Assembly (NCBI GenBank): GCA_016205145.1
Contig: JACQJH010000001.1
Coordinates: forward strand, 450,001-482,000
Origin: Candidatus Iainarchaeum sp.
Lineage (GTDB): Archaea > Iainarchaeota > Iainarchaeia > Iainarchaeales > JACQJH01
DNA: 32,000 nt
Reading direction: 5' to 3'
A program made the position numbers and the translations under genes. The notes beneath the pieces are model-generated. The model was not told the origin of the DNA and ran no database searches. It saw only the letters and a program-made list of their open reading frames with translations. Below are positions 30,535 through 32,000 of the stretch, piece by piece (positions within the stretch are counted from its first letter, which is position 1; the number at the start of each line of letters is the position of its first letter).

Positions 30535-30668
30535 TGGCTCGCCAAAACCTTGTAAATTTCAATGTTCCTTTTGACTACTTTGCGGGCAACTTTCCTGAAT
30601 TTTTCGTCAGCCATATTAATATCTCTGCGATAAGTGCATTTAAACATTTGCAGGCGGCGGGAAAATGA
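30534..30668 (+). CDS. 44-codon ORF linking doc to the next gene (possible antitoxin or by-product of the insertion)
   Basis: Its ATG overlaps the doc TAA (TAATG) and its TGA overlaps the next ATG (ATGA). The peptide is MARQNLVNFNVPFDYFAGNFPEFFVSHINISAISAFKHLQAAGK. The last 4 codons duplicate the trpE 3' end. Confidence 0.25.
   Translation: MARQNLVNFNVPFDYFAGNFPEFFVSHINISAISAFKHLQAAGK
30653..30668 (+). repeat. 16-bp direct repeat GGCGGCGGGAAAATGA, right copy
   Basis: It lies 511 bp downstream of the left copy and brackets doc plus 134 nt. Confidence 0.8.
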
Positions 30669-31465
30669 GCAGCAAACAAAGAACACCGGTTTCACCCACA
30701 AGCCGGCTGAGAAATTTGATAGCCGATTCTTATTTCAGGGCGTCTCCTCGTGCCAAAACGGATTTGCGCACGGGGCTGAGTGAAGGCCACGGAGGGAGTC
30801 ATCCGGATTATCCGAACAGGGGCGCAATGAATGTTTTTGAGGTAATTGATGATGGGAAACCGTTAAGGGGCATTAGGAAAAGTTTCCAATTGGCTCTGCG
30901 TCTTGTGGCTGATTTCCATGGCCGGCCGGCAACTGGCATTTTGAGAATGGGCAAAGCAGGAATAAGGCGCAAAGTTAGCGGCGAAGCGGCACATCTTCTT
31001 CCGGGGCACGGGCTTGCCGGGCCACAATTTGTTGAGCAGAAGATTTTTGAAAATGTTCCGCCCGACAAACTTGAGCTTTTCATTGATATTGCCAGAAAAA
31101 ATAAGGGCGAGCCGTTGGCGAGGTTTCTGGAACGTGAAACGGTTTCCGGAATATATTCTGATGAGGAACGGGCAGCCCTTTGCGAAGGGTTTCCGACCGT
31201 CGGCAGGCTTTTGGCGGCCGTAAGGGCCGGTTTGCTTGTAAAGCTGACCGAACAGGCGATAGTAGAACTTGCATATGCGCACAGAGTGCAACTTCCGAAA
31301 CCGTTTACTGGCAGGCCCCTAAAAACGCACGTGATTTTGGAATATCTTGCGCCAAAATATCCTTCGCGCGAGGCGATGATTGCCGACATTGAACGGGTTG
31401 TGCAAGAAATTCCCGGGTACCAGTTTGTTGCCGAACTGGAAAGAGTTGAAGGTGAAAAAAGATGA
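30665..31465 (+). CDS. hypothetical 266-aa protein inside the trp operon
   Basis: Its start and stop both sit in ATGA overlaps (with the 44-codon ORF and with trpG). The first ~54 aa are S/R/P-rich and may be non-coding; ATG 30827 (MNVFEVIDDGKPL) is an alternative start. I recognise no motif. Confidence 0.55.
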   Translation: MSSKQRTPVSPTSRLRNLIADSYFRASPRAKTDLRTGLSEGHGGSHPDYPNRGAMNVFEVIDDGKPLRGIRKSFQLALRLVADFHGRPATGILRMGKAGIRRKVSGEAAHLLPGHGLAGPQFVEQKIFENVPPDKLELFIDIARKNKGEPLARFLERETVSGIYSDEERAALCEGFPTVGRLLAAVRAGLLVKLTEQAIVELAYAHRVQLPKPFTGRPLKTHVILEYLAPKYPSREAMIADIERVVQEIPGYQFVAELERVEGEKR

Positions 31466-32000
31466 GCAAAGGCAAAAGAGGAAAAGGCGCGCGAGGCAAG
31501 GGCATCAACGTTTTGTTCATCGACAACTTCGATTCTTTTACATACAATCTTGTGGACGAGTTTGCGAAACGCGGTTGCCGCGTGAAGGTTTTCCGCAACA
31601 ACATCGCCATCGCAAAAATCAAAAGCGAGGCGAAAAAGTTCAAGGCTCGGCTGATTGTCATTTCGCCCGGCCCCTCGACGCCGGAGCGCGCGGGCAATTC
31701 TATTGCGGTCATAAAAGAGTTTGCCGGAAAAATCCCGGTTTTCGGCGTTTGCCTTGGCCTGCAGGCAATGGTTGTTGCCTTCGGCGGAAAGGTTGCAAGG
31801 GCGCCTGAAACCGTGCACGGCAAGCCGTCTGACGTGGTGCATGACGGCAGAACCATTTTTGAAGGAATTACAAATCCTTTTTCGGCGGGAAGGTATCATT
31901 CCCTTTGCGCTGTCAAAGTGCCATCCTGCCTGCAGGTTTCGGCTTTGTCGGAGTCGAAAGTCGTCATGGCTTTGCGGCACGAAAAATCGGGGAAGACTTT
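31462..32000 (+). CDS. trpG: anthranilate synthase component II (glutamine amidotransferase), 3' end outside the window
   Basis: This ORF is not in the supplied track because it has no stop within the window. My translation is MSKGKRGKGARGKGINVLFIDNFDSFTYNLVDEF...ISPGPSTP...PVFGVCLGLQAM...GRYHSL, which carries the class-I GATase signature with catalytic Cys. Confidence 0.9.
   Translation, partial: MSKGKRGKGARGKGINVLFIDNFDSFTYNLVDEFAKRGCRVKVFRNNIAIAKIKSEAKKFKARLIVISPGPSTPERAGNSIAVIKEFAGKIPVFGVCLGLQAMVVAFGGKVARAPETVHGKPSDVVHDGRTIFEGITNPFSAGRYHSLCAVKVPSCLQVSALSESKVVMALRHEKSGKT

Noticed and set aside
30531-30614. 27-codon minus-strand ORF (MADEKFRKVARKVVKRNIEIYKVLASH) convergent with doc, considered as a hidden antitoxin
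   Set aside because: It has no ribosome-binding site and the wrong orientation for a phd-type partner. The same DNA is occupied by a plus-strand ORF that is start/stop-coupled at both ends. I cannot distinguish it from chance.
30808-31980. 390-aa minus-strand ORF, the longest ORF in the last 2 kb
   Set aside because: It runs antisense through trpG, whose plus-strand translation has the GATase catalytic signature. It has no recognisable motif and no coupling to neighbours.

Overview
This 32-kb chromosomal fragment is most simply read as archaeal. The evidence is a tRNA-Gly with a 109-nt bulge-helix-bulge intron at 37/38, a PadR-TRASH metal sensor, a HerA/DUF87-type ATPase, an M42/TET peptidase, A/T-rich TATA-like promoters, T-run terminators, and very tight gene packing with many ATGA/TGATG start-stop overlaps. 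A small-genome, DPANN-like host is only a guess. Layout: (i) 1-1920 holds a truncated ORF, an intron-containing tRNA-Gly(CCC) and an M42 aminopeptidase. (ii) 2.0-15.3 kb is a ~20-gene copper / extracytoplasmic thiol-redox island. It contains a DsbA-like protein, a redoxin plus CcdA/DsbD-like pair, a multicopper oxidase, a cupredoxin-like protein, CopZ, an HMA-7TM fusion, CopA, a PadR-TRASH regulator, a Met/Gly-rich secreted protein and several small Cys-rich or membrane proteins. (iii) 15.3-22.5 kb is housekeeping: serA-like dehydrogenase, class-V aminotransferase, a wHTH protein, and glmS-glmM-LbH acetyltransferase. (iv) 22.5-28.4 kb is accessory: a RelE-like TA pair, a 1041-aa HerA-like ATPase, and a divergent 625-aa surface protein with 44 Cys. 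(v) 28.5-32.0 kb is trpE...trpG, interrupted by a Doc-toxin cassette and an unknown 266-aa gene. I saw no rRNA, CRISPR array, transposase or integrase. The best candidate for an undescribed system is a three-fold repeated two-gene module: an exported redox/copper protein followed by a small 4-TM paralog with an intramembrane CxxC and a C-terminal Cys pair. Other notable signals are a 47-nt promoter/operator module shared by two island operons, an inverted covarying copy of the tRNA-intron hairpin 16.8 kb away, and a 16-bp direct repeat bracketing the doc gene inside the trp operon. All functional calls come from motif recognition by eye. No database search was run.
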